DNA of 64,000 nucleotides. Origin: Macrostomum lignano. Lineage: Eukaryota. The stretch's first letter is position 1, and each line of letters opens with the position of its first letter. The position numbers were made by a program, and so were the translations under genes. The stretch is taken from assembly GCA_002269645.1 (NCBI GenBank), contig NIVC01001723.1, forward strand, positions 25,844 to 89,843, given 5' to 3'. Of this stretch, positions 25,521 through 38,042 are shown in pieces. The notes below the pieces were generated by a model. That model did not search any database, was not told where the DNA came from, and was given only the letters and a program-made list of their open reading frames with translations.

Positions 25521-26389
25521 GCTGCTGCCCTGGAGCTGAGCAAGGTCTCCATGCGCCCTTGTGCTGCTCCGGAAAGCGAACCAAGAACACAGATGTCTGT
25601 AACGACTTTGCAACCTTTTATGTTTTTTTCCCGTTTACGTTTTGATGCTCCATTTGTGAAACTCGGAAACTGCTTGCTCTGTCTGATTTTTCCTGTCTCA
25701 TTCTGTCTGTTTTGCAAACTTGAAATCAGTGCTTTTTTGCGTTTACCGGAGTTAGTTTTTTAGTTAGAGGCGGGGGGCTGCAGCATGTGCACCCTGGCGC
25801 ACTTTAGGCGACATTGTCACACAACCGGCGAGAGGCATTGCTGCCCATTCCGCCGACTCCCCTGAGCAGGCATACAAGCGCGCGGATACGTACGCAGGCA
25901 CACACTCACACAGGAGTGTACAGCGGCCCTAACTTTATTTTATCGCTAGTTATGTACACTTCCCTGTGCCTTGGGGTTGGGCCTCAAAGCCGTTAATTGC
26001 ACGAGCAGAGCCAAGCCGAGATTCCAATTTAGCTCCAAATTAATGTGGCTGCACTTGGAATCGAGCCTGGGCCGCTGGTACATCAGAGCGCCGCGCCAGA
26101 CCACGGGGATATATTGTCTCTGTGTTTACCGTAAGCTACTGAAGGTAAATGAAAGAGGACAAATGCTACGTCACTTTTTGATACAACGGTTTTTTCTGTT
26201 GCTAATGCAAGTACAAAATCTTTTTAATAGTTTTTCTTTTCTCTGATCATTGTTACTCCTGCAGCTTGCTCTTGGGTAATACGGCTCGCAGTTAACCAAA
26301 TCAGTCAACCAAATATACTGTGTGATTGGAAGTTCTTTGCTGCTTAACCCTACCCCTAATTTCATTTCTATGGACTTTATTATTTCTAA

Positions 26390-26695
26390 AGGGGGTTGTA
26401 GCCTAGTGGTTAGAGCGTCTGAATCACGACTGAAAGGTCGGGGGTTCGATTCCCTATCCCACTCGGAATGATTTGTGTCCCTGAGCAAGACACCTAACTC
26501 TGCATTGCTTCAGTTCACCCAGCTGTAAAATGGGTGCCAGCATTAGCTGGGGTAATTGAGGCTGTGTGTGGCGACCCCCAGTCCTTGGACTGAACAGCCG
26601 TACGCAGCCTTCAGATGCGCCCAGCAATAACTGCGGCTGAGCTGTCGGTTGCACATCTGCCCATTAGGGCAGACGTAATCAATTAATATTATTAT
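26390..26695 (+). mobile_element. tRNA-derived SINE, copy 2 (full length)
   Basis: A box TAGCCTAGTGG (~26399), B box GGTTCGATTCC (~26443), CORE/V-like central domain, tail ending TAATATTATTATT. Confidence 0.9.
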
Positions 26696-27104
26696 TTTAT
26701 CTTGAAATTTATTTTTCTCAAAGGCTCATACGAGCTATCTCTTGAAAAGGATTAATTAGAAAAGCGGGTTTACCCACATGAGGTATGCTTGATTTGATTT
26801 TAAATGATTTGCGTAGATATTGTTCGAACCGTAAGTGAAGCCAGTAGGTCAACAATAAACTTCATACAATCCACAGCATATTCTAATCTATGCATTATCA
26901 TCAGCTTTATCTTCCCCACTAACAGTGACAAGTTCCGATTGGGAGCGAGCAACCAGTGAAAAACCACATGTCAATGTAATTAGACACTTTCTCGTTACTC
27001 ACAATATACAGTTAGCTTACTTTCCAACGAATACAGGGATGCGCATACATGTAGCTCATGTTTTTTAGTCTGCTGTCATCGCGGCACCTGACTCCGACCC
27101 TCGC

Positions 27105-27382
27105 CCCCACGTAATAATAATCGATAATTGATTACACCTGCCCCAATTTGGCCGGATGTGCAACTGACGGCTCAGCCGTAGCCAAGGACTGGGGGGGGGG
27201 GTCGCCACACACAGCCTCAATTACCCCAGCTAATGCTGGCGCCCATTTTACAGCTGGGTGAACTGAAGCAATGCAGAGTTAAGTGTCTTGCTCAAGGACA
27301 AATTGTTCCGAGTAAGGTAGGGAATCGAACCCCCGACCTTTAAGTCGTGAGTCTGACGCTCTAACTACTAGGCTACAGCCCC
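27105..27382 (-). mobile_element. tRNA-derived SINE, copy 3 (deletion in the 3' part)
   Basis: Same head and central domain on the minus strand; abuts the BEL/Pao fragment. Confidence 0.85.
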
Positions 27383-28077
27383 TGTGTGGCGGAAAAGTTC
27401 ATATTTATGGATGCAGAAGAAGCTCCATTACGGACTCAAGCAGGTCAAGATTTTCTGAGCAGCCACCAAGTCACTTGGACATTCATTCCCGAGCGAGCTC
27501 CATGGATGGGAGGCTTCTACAAGAGGTCAGCGTAGTGAAATCAGTGCTCAAGAAGACAATCGGAAGGGCGTTCCTGATCGTCGAGGAGCTGTCGACAGTA
27601 ATCTGTGAGGCGGAAGCGGTTGTAAACTCAAGACCGCTTGGCTTTGTGTCTTCCGGCGAGCAATCAGAAGTCATCACACCTGGTCATTTCCTCGTTCTGC
27701 GCCGCCTGACAAAAGAACCAGAGGACGAAGCGGAAGTTTCAATGGTCCTGCCGCTTCCCGAAAGGCTCCGAAAGTCCAGACATTTGCTGAACAAGTTCTG
27801 GAAGGAGTGGCAAGCACAGTACATTCTGGCCCTCCGTGAGCGATCATCCAAAGACGGTCGAACATCGAATCGGGAAATACGAGTTGGTGACGTAGTGTTA
27901 GTGATGGATGCCGGATTGCCAAGACTTCAATGGAAGTTTGCGGTTGTCGAAGCTGTGCACCAGGGTCGCGATGGAGTCGCCCGCTCATGCCTACTGCGGG
28001 TGGCCAGTTCTCAAAGTGGTCGAGCTGCTACGCATCTTCGACGGCCAGTGAAGTTGCTGGTACCTCTGGAAGTCTGA
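27383..28077 (+). mobile_element. BEL/Pao LTR retrotransposon fragment (integrase C-terminus), frameshifted near 27520
   Basis: VTWTFIPERAPWMGGFY, then EELSTVICEAEAVVNSRPL, ITPGHFL, FWKEWQAQYILALRER, VGDVVLV, W..AVVEAVHQGRDGVARS, RRPVKLLVPLE. A possible LTR at 28080-28426 (TGT...ACA) is unconfirmed. Confidence 0.9.
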
Positions 28078-30348
28078 CATGTCGTTGGTGGTTTTTTGCT
28101 CGGCTGCTGGCTGCGTCTAGTCGGTTTTCCTGTGTCCTTTGGTCGTTTGCTGGTGGCGTTCGGTCGGTTGTCGTTCGATGTCAGTGGCTGTGTGACGGTC
28201 GGTGGTCGGTCAGTCGGTTGGTTGGTGGTTCTCGGTCGTTGTTGTTCGGTGGTGCAATGTACATCTGCGCGTACACTGGGCGCCCCCACCCCCCACGCGT
28301 CAATTTCTCTTTGCTTTATCTAAATAAATAAAGTCAAACCAGCCAGCGACCCATGAGAGTGCCTTTTTCGCTTTCTCTCAACAAACTCTAAAGAGAAAAT
28401 CAACTAAATCGTGTCAATTCAATTACACCCTGTTTTGTGGAGTTGTAGCTTCGCCCCACCCATACCCTTGGTCTAATTCCACGCGTGAAGAAGCATTGAC
28501 CACGGATCGGGGCTGTTGTGCGATTCAGACTCGTGAGGTCCCAACCTCAAGGCACAACAGGGAGTGTACATGCCAGGCGATTAGAAAGTCTGGGCCGCTG
28601 TACACCCAATGAGTGTGCTCAACAGTCAAGCGGAATGGGGCAGAATTGCCTTATCGTGCTGCCGGTTGTGGAACCGAAGGCGCTGCGACAGGGTCCAAAA
28701 TCCTCCTGCTGAAATGAATATTTATAAAGCTGACAATGCCAGGTAGTCTTGGATGCTGTATAGTCCAGTCTGTTTACTTATTTAATGATTTCGCTACTAA
28801 CATTAAAAAAGTCATTTTGCTAAGTTTTTTGTCGCGTTCAGCGCATCTGGCAATGTGGCCTCGTGAAGAAGTTCCGCCGTGGAGTCCTTCTCAATAATTT
28901 GCTGCACTGCCGATGCAGCTGGTGCCGGGCACTCAAGTCCAGCTGCCAAGGCTCCGGCCATGCCAGAACAGCCCTCCAGTCTGCAGAGAAGCAGCCCCAT
29001 TCAAGCTTGCGGCCGAAAAAAAATTTCTCACACAACATTTCGTCTGTAGCAAACACAGACACTTTGCCAACTGCCACTTTGCCATACACGTGAGTTGAGC
29101 TAGCAAGCTAACAAAAGTACAGGAAAAGCAACTTTTTCAATATTGTGTCTTTACAACCCACGCATGATTTTGCTCAGGAGTCCTGGCTATTACAGTTATC
29201 ATTTTGGCTTACTCTTGCCGACATAACCACTAAAAGATGACTTCATACTGAGAGTGCAGTGCCTGTCTTCTTATCAAGTTGCAGCAAGTATTTTAGCCAG
29301 AGAAATTTTCGTAAAGCTTGTTTGAAGAGCCAACTTCCACGCTCTAAATAACTGTTCCCGTGCAGCAAAACTTTGCTTAAGCCGCCGTGGCGTCCTCAAA
29401 TCTTTACTAGCAACAATCTTGCGACGCGAGCACATCATCCACCTCGATCAATATTGCCAAACATTGGTTCCAAAAAGCTGTGGACTCTAAAATTGTGGCG
29501 GTAGGCAACTAGCTCGTATTCTCGAATCCAAAAGAACCAAAACAGAAAATTGAGATTCCGTCACATAAGTCATTACAAATCAACCCAACTAGAAACTTTT
29601 CAAGGTTTTAATTAACATTCTAGGCACAGATCGAGTTTGTACATGCCTGACGATGCTATAGTCAAGGAAAAGTCGGGCTCTTTGTATCTTTGTAAACAAT
29701 CTGGCTAGAGGAGCCGTCAGAAAGATAGAGAAAACCATTTTGTTTATGCAATCATGCACCAGTATTCTGACGCGCCAACTCTTGACCTACTCTGCCTACT
29801 ACTACGCCAGTAGTACTTAATGAAAATTGCATTTTTGGTTTGAACCTATAAGATAAACACATACTTTTCTCAAGATTTTCATAACTCACTCGAACACTCA
29901 TGTCTTAACGTGCCTTAACAGTTCGCTGCTAAAGCACAAATCGATCGTCCTTGAGACTACAGTGGTCCTTGTGTCGCATACGCTTGTCAGTGTACGATCT
30001 CGTATGACACGAAATTAGAAGCCAACAAGAAGGCTTAATGATGATTGCATCCGTTTCAACTACCAGTGAGTGATCTGGCATCATGCCGCAATGACAAGGC
30101 CAGTTGGAACTTGAGAAGCTGGGTCTCTGTCTCGCTGGTTACTAACCTGCAAACTGTGACGTCACTCCTGGGAGATCTCCAACAATCCTTTGCTAAGGAT
30201 ATTGATAGCACATAGCTGTGCCGTCATTGGCTTTCTCCTCTGCCTTGTAAAGCTTTACAAAATGCCTGGAACCTCGCGCATCCCACAGTCTCAGTGAAAA
30301 CCTCTGTAGAGAAGAAATTCTTCTAGTCGAACAAATTGAAAATTCAAG

Positions 30349-31110
30349 ATGAAGCTGCTCAGCTTCCTGATTGTCGCTCTGTCGCAGACTCCTCTGATCT
30401 GCAGCAGCAACTGCAGAGTTCAGTTCCATGCTGTCACGGCTCTCAACTGTGTGAGAAGCGAGTTCGTGCGAACTCACCCGGAGGTCACCACCCTCAAGGC
30501 GTGCTCGATGCTCTGCGCCAATGTCGCGCACTGCCAGGCGTTCAGCATGTCCGACGGTCCGTGCCAGCTGTTCGTGTTTCACAGGTGCAGCAAGAACGTG
30601 AGAGACTGCAGCTGCAATCGCACAGCGCAGCTGTTTGTGAGGCAGCAGCCGGGACTGCCGATGGGAGCCCTGTGTCCTGCTGGCTACGCTGACGACCTGT
30701 GCGGCACCAAGTACAAGTTCATGAGCTGTGCGGGAAACTGGACCAGGTGCAAGGAGATGTGCGACGCGGAGGCTGGACTCGTCATCATGGCCGAGCTGAG
30801 TGATGCAGCGGCGCGAGACAAAGTCGGAAAGCTGGCGGACGAGCAACTGGATGGCGTGGCGGCCGTCAACACAGTTTACGTGGGAGGCTGGCAGCTGCCG
30901 GGCAGCTCGGAGCCGTCAGAAGGCTGGCAGTGGGCCAGCTGCGGTCTCAACATCTCGGCTGCACTGTGGAGCAGCGGAGAGCCGAACAACCATGAAGGTG
31001 TGGAAGATAGAGCTGGGGTCTACCTTAACGGACTCTTGCTTGACCTGCCCACTGACAACTATGTGTACTCAGGCGGAGGCTACTGCCAGTGCGTGTCGCC
31101 GTTTGACTGA
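30349..31110 (+). CDS. Secreted PAN/apple-like + C-type lectin-like protein, copy 2 (253 aa)
   Basis: Differs from copy 1 at 5 of 762 nt by my comparison. Confidence 0.8.
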   Translation: MKLLSFLIVALSQTPLICSSNCRVQFHAVTALNCVRSEFVRTHPEVTTLKACSMLCANVAHCQAFSMSDGPCQLFVFHRCSKNVRDCSCNRTAQLFVRQQPGLPMGALCPAGYADDLCGTKYKFMSCAGNWTRCKEMCDAEAGLVIMAELSDAAARDKVGKLADEQLDGVAAVNTVYVGGWQLPGSSEPSEGWQWASCGLNISAALWSSGEPNNHEGVEDRAGVYLNGLLLDLPTDNYVYSGGGYCQCVSPFD

Positions 31111-31769
31111 GTTGCCGCAGAGCACAGCATGGTATCGAGGCTTGCAAAATCGATTTATCCATAGAAGAAGCTTACAGTACAAGACAAAACAAAGTAAACT
31201 AAATCATTATTTTAACAGCTTTCTAAGCAAGCATTTTAGTTACAATCTGCGTTCAATTCCGTGCTGTGTCAATGCGAGGGACAAACAAAAAGCGGCTGCT
31301 GCATGGCAGATAACTTTTGTTAGTACTGTGCTTCTTATCTTCTCTTTTTTTCTGGAAGCTTCTAAAAATATTTAGAGGCACTGTTAGTAGAAAGCTAAGC
31401 ACTGAAGCCCCAGTCTACATTACACGCTTAAAATTTTCTTCTGAAATTTTCTGAAAAAGTTGAGCTAAAAGAGAGCTCTCGCGTAACAACATTGTGTCAA
31501 CAGGCGCCAACGCAAACAGAGACGGCGAGAGTAAATGCTCTTTTACAACGCTGGCGGTTGCTAGCGGCGTCTTCACAACTGCTATATGAGCACTTGTTGT
31601 AACAGACCTCAGCAAGCTTTTTAAGGGCAAACAGGGCTCTCTAAGAGGCAGCCTTTTTCCTGAGAAATTCAATATGTTTTACTCGCTTTGTTTAACAGTC
31701 TAGCTAACACTGTTGTGCTTGGACGATCCTCTATCATGTAGTAAGGCCTACATGTAGCTATGGAAACCC

Positions 31770-32462
31770 CGTTTGCTAGCCGGATGCGTTGCTAGCCGGA
31801 TGTCTATTCAGATGTGTTGCTATCCATATATGTTCCTAACCGTATGTGTTGCTAGCCGGATGTGTTGCTAGCCGGATGTCTATCCAGACGTGTTGTTATC
31901 CAGATATGTTGCTAACCGTATGTGTTGCTAGCCGGATGTCTATCCAGACATGTTGTTATCCAGATATGTTGCTATCCAGATGTGTTGCTAGCCGGATGTG
32001 TTGCTAACCGTATGTGTTGCTAGCCGGATATGTTGCTAACCGTATGTGTTGCTAGCCGGATGTGTTGCTAGCTGGATGTGTTGCTATCCATATGTGTTGC
32101 TAGCCGGATGTGTTGCTATCCATATGTGTTGCTAACTGTATGTGTTGCTAGCCGGATGTGTTGCTAGCCGGATGTGTTGCTAGCCGGATGTGTTGCTAGC
32201 CGGATGTGTTGCTAGCCGGATGTGTTGCTAGCCGGATGTGTTGCTAGCCGGATGTGTTGCTAGCCCTATGTGTTGCTAGCCAAATGTGTTGCTAGCCAAA
32301 TGTGTTGCTAGCCGGATGTGTTGCTAGCCGGATGTGTTGCTAGCCCTATGTGTTGCTAGCCAAATGTGTTGCTAGCCAAATGTGTTGCTAGCCGGATGTG
32401 TTGCTAGCCGGATGTGTTGCTAGCTGGATGTGTTGCTAGCCGGATGTGTTGCTAGCCGCATG
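31770..32462. repeat. 16-bp minisatellite
   Basis: GATGTGTTGCTAGCCG with variants. Confidence 0.95.
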
Positions 32463-32757
32463 TGTGCTATGTGGTGCCGAATGGCGCTATAAAGTTGAAG
32501 TTGCAGACTTGTTTGCCACGTGCATCACAAAATGCTCTCCCCATACACGGTTTTGGCCATAGACAATTATCAAAGCATGGGTTAGAACTCTTTAACTCCC
32601 GAAATCTACGAGTACACACCATGGAGGAAAGAATAGAATGGAGTGCTAATCTGAGCCAGTTATTTTTGTCTCACTCGATCTTCACTTTTAATATCCCTTT
32701 CCCCCCTTCTTTCCTATTGGCTCGTGACTGCCATTTTGTTTTCGCTCCCCTCTGAAA

Positions 32758-33316
32758 GTCACCAACCCTAGGGGCGCCAGCACCATGGTCACCAACCCTA
32801 GGGGCGCCAGCACCATGGTCACCATCCCTAGGGGTGCCAGCACCATGGTCACCATCCCTAGGGGTGCCAGCACCATGGGCACCAACCCTAGGGGCGCCAG
32901 CACCATGGTCACCAACCCTAGGGGCGCCAGCACCATGGTCACCAACCCTAGGGGCGCCAGCACCATAGTCACCAACCCTAGGGGCGCCAGCACCATGGTC
33001 ACCAACCCTAGGGGCGCCAGCACCATGGCCACCAACCCTAGGGGCGCCAGCACCATGGTCACCAACCCTAGGGGTGCCAGCACCATGGTCACCAACCCTA
33101 GGGGCGCCAGCACCATGGTCACCAACCCTAGGGGCGCCAGCACCATAGTCACCAACCCTAGGGGCGCCAACACCACGGTCACCAACCCTAGGGGCGGCAG
33201 CACCATGGGCACCAACCCTAGGGGCGCCAGCACCATAGTCACCATCCCTAGGGGTGCCAACACCATGGTCACCAACCCTAGGGGCGCCAGCACCATAGTC
33301 AACAACCCTAGGGGTG
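32758..33316. repeat. 30-bp minisatellite, about 18 copies
   Basis: ACCAACCCTAGGGGCGCCAGCACCATGGTC; units align at two per 60-nt line. Confidence 0.95.
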
Positions 33317-34442
33317 ACACACACACTGAGCAAAATGTTTAAGTTTCCACACTCCGAAACACTCTCAAATCTCAGCCCTAAGTTGACGCAATTGGCATCA
33401 CATCCGCGGTTTCTTGTCTCAACTGCGGGCGATGTTATTTGCGTCACAATGTCCCAGTTTAGGCTGGTGAGGATAGAGAGGAGAGCTATGGCTATGAGTT
33501 GGATTGAAGTTGTCTGCACTTTTCTGCTGTGGAAACTTTAACATGTAGCTGAGTGTTCTTTTTCTGGAATTTGGGGGGGGGCGACCCCCAATGTCCCCTC
33601 CATGTGATGGCTAAAATTTTGCTGTTGATGTGATGCGAGCAGTCACTCACAGACTGCACATAGGCCAGGTGATGAGCAGTGAGACAGAAAGCTAGATCGC
33701 AGTCTCTCAGTGGACACATTGTACACCCTATTGAACTGATCGTGAATAATGATGCTCAAATCAATGTCTAGTTTACTCCCTTCCATTAACGTTGTGTGTT
33801 GACTTTGGGGAGGGGGTGAGGGGAGGGGGTGAGGGGAGGGGGTGGGTTAATTTGAGTACTTGGATGTGATTGGCTGGGACTTGCGTATCTATGCCGGCCC
33901 ACCTAGAATGATGTGCGCATAAATAACCTTCTGAATGTGTTCGATTTTGCGAGCTATCTAAATTGAAATTCGAATTAATATTAATTACCTATATAGTTTT
34001 CAGGAATAGTTCTCAACTCATTTTTGGACTGCTAAATTGGTAAGTTTAAAACTTGAAGCTGCATCTCTATAAAGAGTTTTAATTATCTTCCAGACGATTT
34101 CGAGTTTTCGAGTTCAAGTTTGTTTCAAGTTTAAGTTATTTTAGTAGCAAAAACAGAGACAATTGTAAATAATATACGCATGCTCAGTAGTATAGAACGA
34201 AACTCTTCCGGCAAATTTTCACTTTCTGTAATTCATCAGTGGCGCTATATTATGTTAATTTTTTATTCTACTTACAATAGCATATGTCCTGTGCCTAAAT
34301 GGTTTTAAAAGCTGACTGTGTAGCAGTCTGTGTAACAGAGATGATTAAATAGATTCATAGAGCCAATGATGAGTCGAGCTGTGCCATGCATTTTTATGAA
34401 TTTTAGGTTCAGGAATTGTATGGAAAATAAAAAAATTAACAT

Positions 34443-34491
34443 AGGGTTAGGGTTAGGGTTAGGGTTAGAATTAGGGTTAGGCTAGGGTTAG
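34443..34491 (+). repeat. Short interstitial (TTAGGG)n-like tract
   Basis: AGGGTTAGGGTTAGGGTTAGGGTTAGAATTAGGGTTAGGCTAGGGTTAG. Confidence 0.8.
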
Positions 34492-35279
34492 AAAGTAGAC
34501 AGATTTTTTAAGATTTCAAGGCTTATGGGGGCATCGCTGAGATGTCAAGGGGGGAGTTGATATGTTAAGGCTTGTGGGGGGGAATTGCTGACATGTCAAG
34601 GCTTACAAGGGACTGCTGGGGTAAAATGCAACTTGTACTGCATTTTTTGGCACCCCAACGGGGGGCACTGATTGCTAGTTTTTGTGCTGAAAATGAAAAC
34701 TTCCTGTCTCCGTAGTGTCTTTTTCAGCTGAACAGTTCTAAGAAACTTATTTTCGCGTCTTTCTACTTGAGCAGTCCTTGGACTAGAATAGCACATGTTT
34801 TATAGCAGTTTGCAGCGTTGTGTCAATAACTAAAGTAATCTTTTTTGATGTTGCTAACAAATATAAAAATTAACATTACCCGACAAGATTAGAAAAGACT
34901 CACTGTATGAGGGTTAATAGGGTGTGAGGAGCATAGTATATATTTAAGTTAATGTTTCTGTACATGTCAATCATTTTTACAGAAACAGATCAGTTATTAC
35001 AATAAATTGGAGGGCATAGTTTGTTCATCAACATACTGGAGCATCATTTTTTTCTTTAACCAGCTAGATAAGTTAAAAATTCGATTTTAACAGATGAAAT
35101 GCTTGCATGAGATTTGTGTCTACTCTGAGGTTTGGGAGACAATTTGTCAGAAAAAATCCGTTTACTTTGAAAGCGTCGTTAGAAACCACGAGGACGAGCA
35201 GAACAGAGGCTGTAAAAGTTCAATCTGAAAAGGCTTGAACAGTCCTTGCGTGTAACCGTTGGCCCGTATTGTAAGACGT

Positions 35280-36341
35280 CTACCATCTACCCACGTAGGG
35301 TGGGTTGCTGCGCCCGTCGCTCACAGAGAAGGTCGCCGGCCTAGCGTAGCCAGGCCGTGTTGAGCTCGCCGCTGCTCCACCGCCTCTCGGATGCCAGCTG
35401 AGGGGCGAAACTTTGCCCGAGTTGGTTGACCGAAGCCCCAGACTGCTGCTCACGCTGCTCATTGGTCGGTAGCGACCTGCAGGCACCAGCCGCTTCTTGA
35501 ATAGGTAAGCCGACAGGAATATCGAGACTGAGTGAACCACAAGCATGACTATGCTCGCCGCCAGAATGACGCTGAAGTAAACGTACACGTAACTCTTCAT
35601 TGGCTCCTGGCAACTGTTGCTGTGGTAGTCAACACCGGTGACTGGGCACTGTTTGTTGCCAACGTAGCTCTCATAGTTGGCAAAGTCCTGCTTGGCTGTG
35701 ATGCTCTTGTCGGAGAATTTGCAGCAGCTAACTGGGAACATGTAGTCGACGCCTGAGTAGGTCACCCCATCGGCTTTGTAGTGCCGGTACTGATTGTGCC
35801 ACAGCGATGCGTACGTGCCGTAGCTTGTAGTGAAGTCCGACGGTCCGTTGTAGCCGCAGCACTCCAGCTGGATTTGCATCACATCCCAGATGATGCTGTT
35901 GGGATAGTCTGAGCCCTCGCTAATGCCTCTGTACTCGCTCTGCAGAGTGGACTTCATGTAGGTTGGCAGTTCGGTCTCTACGGTTCTCCACATGCCCATC
36001 GGTACGATGGCCAGCACGATCTCTAGCACAATGGCTATCGCTGTGAATACCATGTAGGCTACGAGCAGGGCCTTGCCACCGCGGAGCACGTGGAGCAGGC
36101 CCAGGCCAAAACTGATCGTGGCCACCAAGCCCAGGCCGATGGGCATGTAGGAGGAGACTCGCAGCGAAACAGTCAACGCGCCGTAGTCCGTGATGACGAT
36201 CTTGTTGAGCCAGAAGGACAGCAAAGACGCGTCGGCGAGAATCCAAACTCCCAGGCTGATGATGCCGACGCTGAAGATCAGCGATGCTGTAATCGCGCCA
36301 ATGAACAGAAAGCGAATGGCGGCATAATCAACTTCCCCCAT
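35280..36341 (-). CDS. Tetraspanin (about 353 aa from ATG 36341; may extend via an acceptor at 36377)
   Basis: Four hydrophobic segments; large loop with QLECCGYNGPSDF, FPVSCC and SCQ; long cytoplasmic tail. Confidence 0.9.
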   Translation of the reverse strand: MGEVDYAAIRFLFIGAITASLIFSVGIISLGVWILADASLLSFWLNKIVITDYGALTVSLRVSSYMPIGLGLVATISFGLGLLHVLRGGKALLVAYMVFTAIAIVLEIVLAIVPMGMWRTVETELPTYMKSTLQSEYRGISEGSDYPNSIIWDVMQIQLECCGYNGPSDFTTSYGTYASLWHNQYRHYKADGVTYSGVDYMFPVSCCKFSDKSITAKQDFANYESYVGNKQCPVTGVDYHSNSCQEPMKSYVYVYFSVILAASIVMLVVHSVSIFLSAYLFKKRLVPAGRYRPMSSVSSSLGLRSTNSGKVSPLSWHPRGGGAAASSTRPGYARPATFSVSDGRSNPPYVGRW

Positions 36342-36398
36342 CGCGATGGGCCTGTCGTTCTGGTGCCGCTGTTTTGCCTGCAATCGTTAGGTTTAGAA

Positions 36399-36784
36399 CA
36401 GGGGTCGCAAAAAATTTTTCCCTTAAGGGCCAGATAGACAATTCAGCTCATTTCTGCGGGCCAGATGAGAATGGAGAATAGAAGATGAGAGATGAGAGAA
36501 GCGAGGACAAGCGATAGATGGGATGAGAGGGCAAATAAAAGGAGAGAAGAGGAGAGAGGGAAGAGGAGAGAGAGGGAGAAGGGAGAGAAGAGATCCGAGA
36601 GCGGAGAGCGGAGAGAGAGAAGAAGAGGAGAGAGGACAGAGAGGTTAGGAGGGGGAGAGGAGAAGAGAGAGAAGAGAGAGAAGAGAAAGAGTTGAGCAGA
36701 CACAAATCTTGAGCTGCCGGGATTGCTATTTTGAAGTTTCAAAGAACCCGAGGGCTTCGAGGGCCGCATGTTAGCCGACTCCCG
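36399..36784. mobile_element. hAT/Charlie-like MITE (386 bp) containing an AG-rich tract
   Basis: Ends CAGGGGTCGC... and ...GGGCCGCATGTTAGCCGACTCCCG; 8-bp flanks GTTTAGAA and GCTTAGAA (1 mismatch, central TA). Confidence 0.65.
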
Positions 36785-38042
36785 GCTTAGAAGAAGTTCC
36801 TCAACAATTCAGGCGCCATTCAATGAGTTTTTTACGAGCTATTTTAGATTCCAGAAATTTTTGGTGCATATGAAAGTTCAAAGTTGTAAAACAGGCCTCA
36901 ATTATGCTACCTGTTGGGAGAGGGGCAGAGCGACTACTGGCTTGTCGTGAAATCCTATGAGTTAAATCATCTCCAAGCACCAGTTCCACGATTTTAGCTG
37001 TCAATCAGCCCAGAGAATTAATCTTAATGCAATTTTGCATACCTGATATTAATATTATCCGAATTGCTGATGACGCGGATAGAGTCTGCTTACGTTCAAA
37101 TTGGTCAAGTTAATATATTGTTTTACAAAATTTTGCAGTTTGAGTGATGCATATGCGTATGTGTTTTTTCTCTTTTAACTAGTCTCTCAGCCTCTTGATT
37201 AGTGTGAGTAGCTCTTCTCTCTCTGTTTTTGTACTCTGTTTACCTTCACTCCCAGTTTATTTTTTCTCTGATAACTAGGGGGGGGGGGTAGATGCCCACC
37301 TGCGCCCCCCACCTCCACCAGACTAGCCGTATAGGCTATTGTAATGGCCCGGTCGGTGCTTCTATAGCTATATCACTCCGGCTAAAGGTAGAGAATAAAA
37401 TTTCAATTTCCTTTAGTTAGGGCCGCTAAGGTTGCTTAAACCAACCAACGGTCAGACAGGTCTTCTCAGTTGGCTAGGTATAGCTTTAACTGAATCTATT
37501 ATTATTGCTTTGAAAAGACTGGCAGAGAAGGTGCGACAATTTAACAGCCAGCTGAAATGTGAGAAACGCGTCAGCCCTCGGTTGCATGCGCTGTGCTGAG
37601 AGTGCTCAGTCTGAGTGCAATTAGCTGGCTCGGGCTAATGGAAGGCGTGAATTTCTCACCCGATCTGCTGCTGGGGGCATCGCCGAAGCAGTTGTCCAGT
37701 TTGCTTTTAGATTTGCCTGACAAAATTCTGGGACGATCTTTGAGTCTTTAGTAGCCATTATTAATTAAATGAGCCTTTTCGAACAATGCCGCCATTTCTA
37801 AGAGAGTGCAGATTTTAACTATACTTTGGCAATCTAAAGGTGCAAAATTGTCAAGTCATAGATGCCGCCGAAATGCCCTTTTTTGAGTGAATCATACCAC
37901 CATAGCAGGATTCAGCTCAACCGTATCTTTTGCTTCTAATTTAAAAAAATAACTACTGTACTTTCTACTTAACGCATTATTGCAAGGAAAAAATGTCAAC
38001 GGGCACGATTTAACGCGAAATATGGACTTTATGGGGGTATCG

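Noticed and set aside
26391-26465. tRNA gene (also near 19340-19404 and 27320-27382)
   Set aside because: These are SINE heads: they run into a shared body and lack a complete acceptor stem and terminator.
32671-33519. 282-aa ORF with a hydrophobic start and GAGAPRVGDH repeats
   Set aside because: Mostly the 30-bp minisatellite, open in several frames; no ATG start.
28800-33540. Scattered protein-like minus-strand fragments (28812-29100, 29100-29560, 31415-31672, 33330-33519)
   Set aside because: Stops in every frame, no recognisable domain and no consistent splice path.
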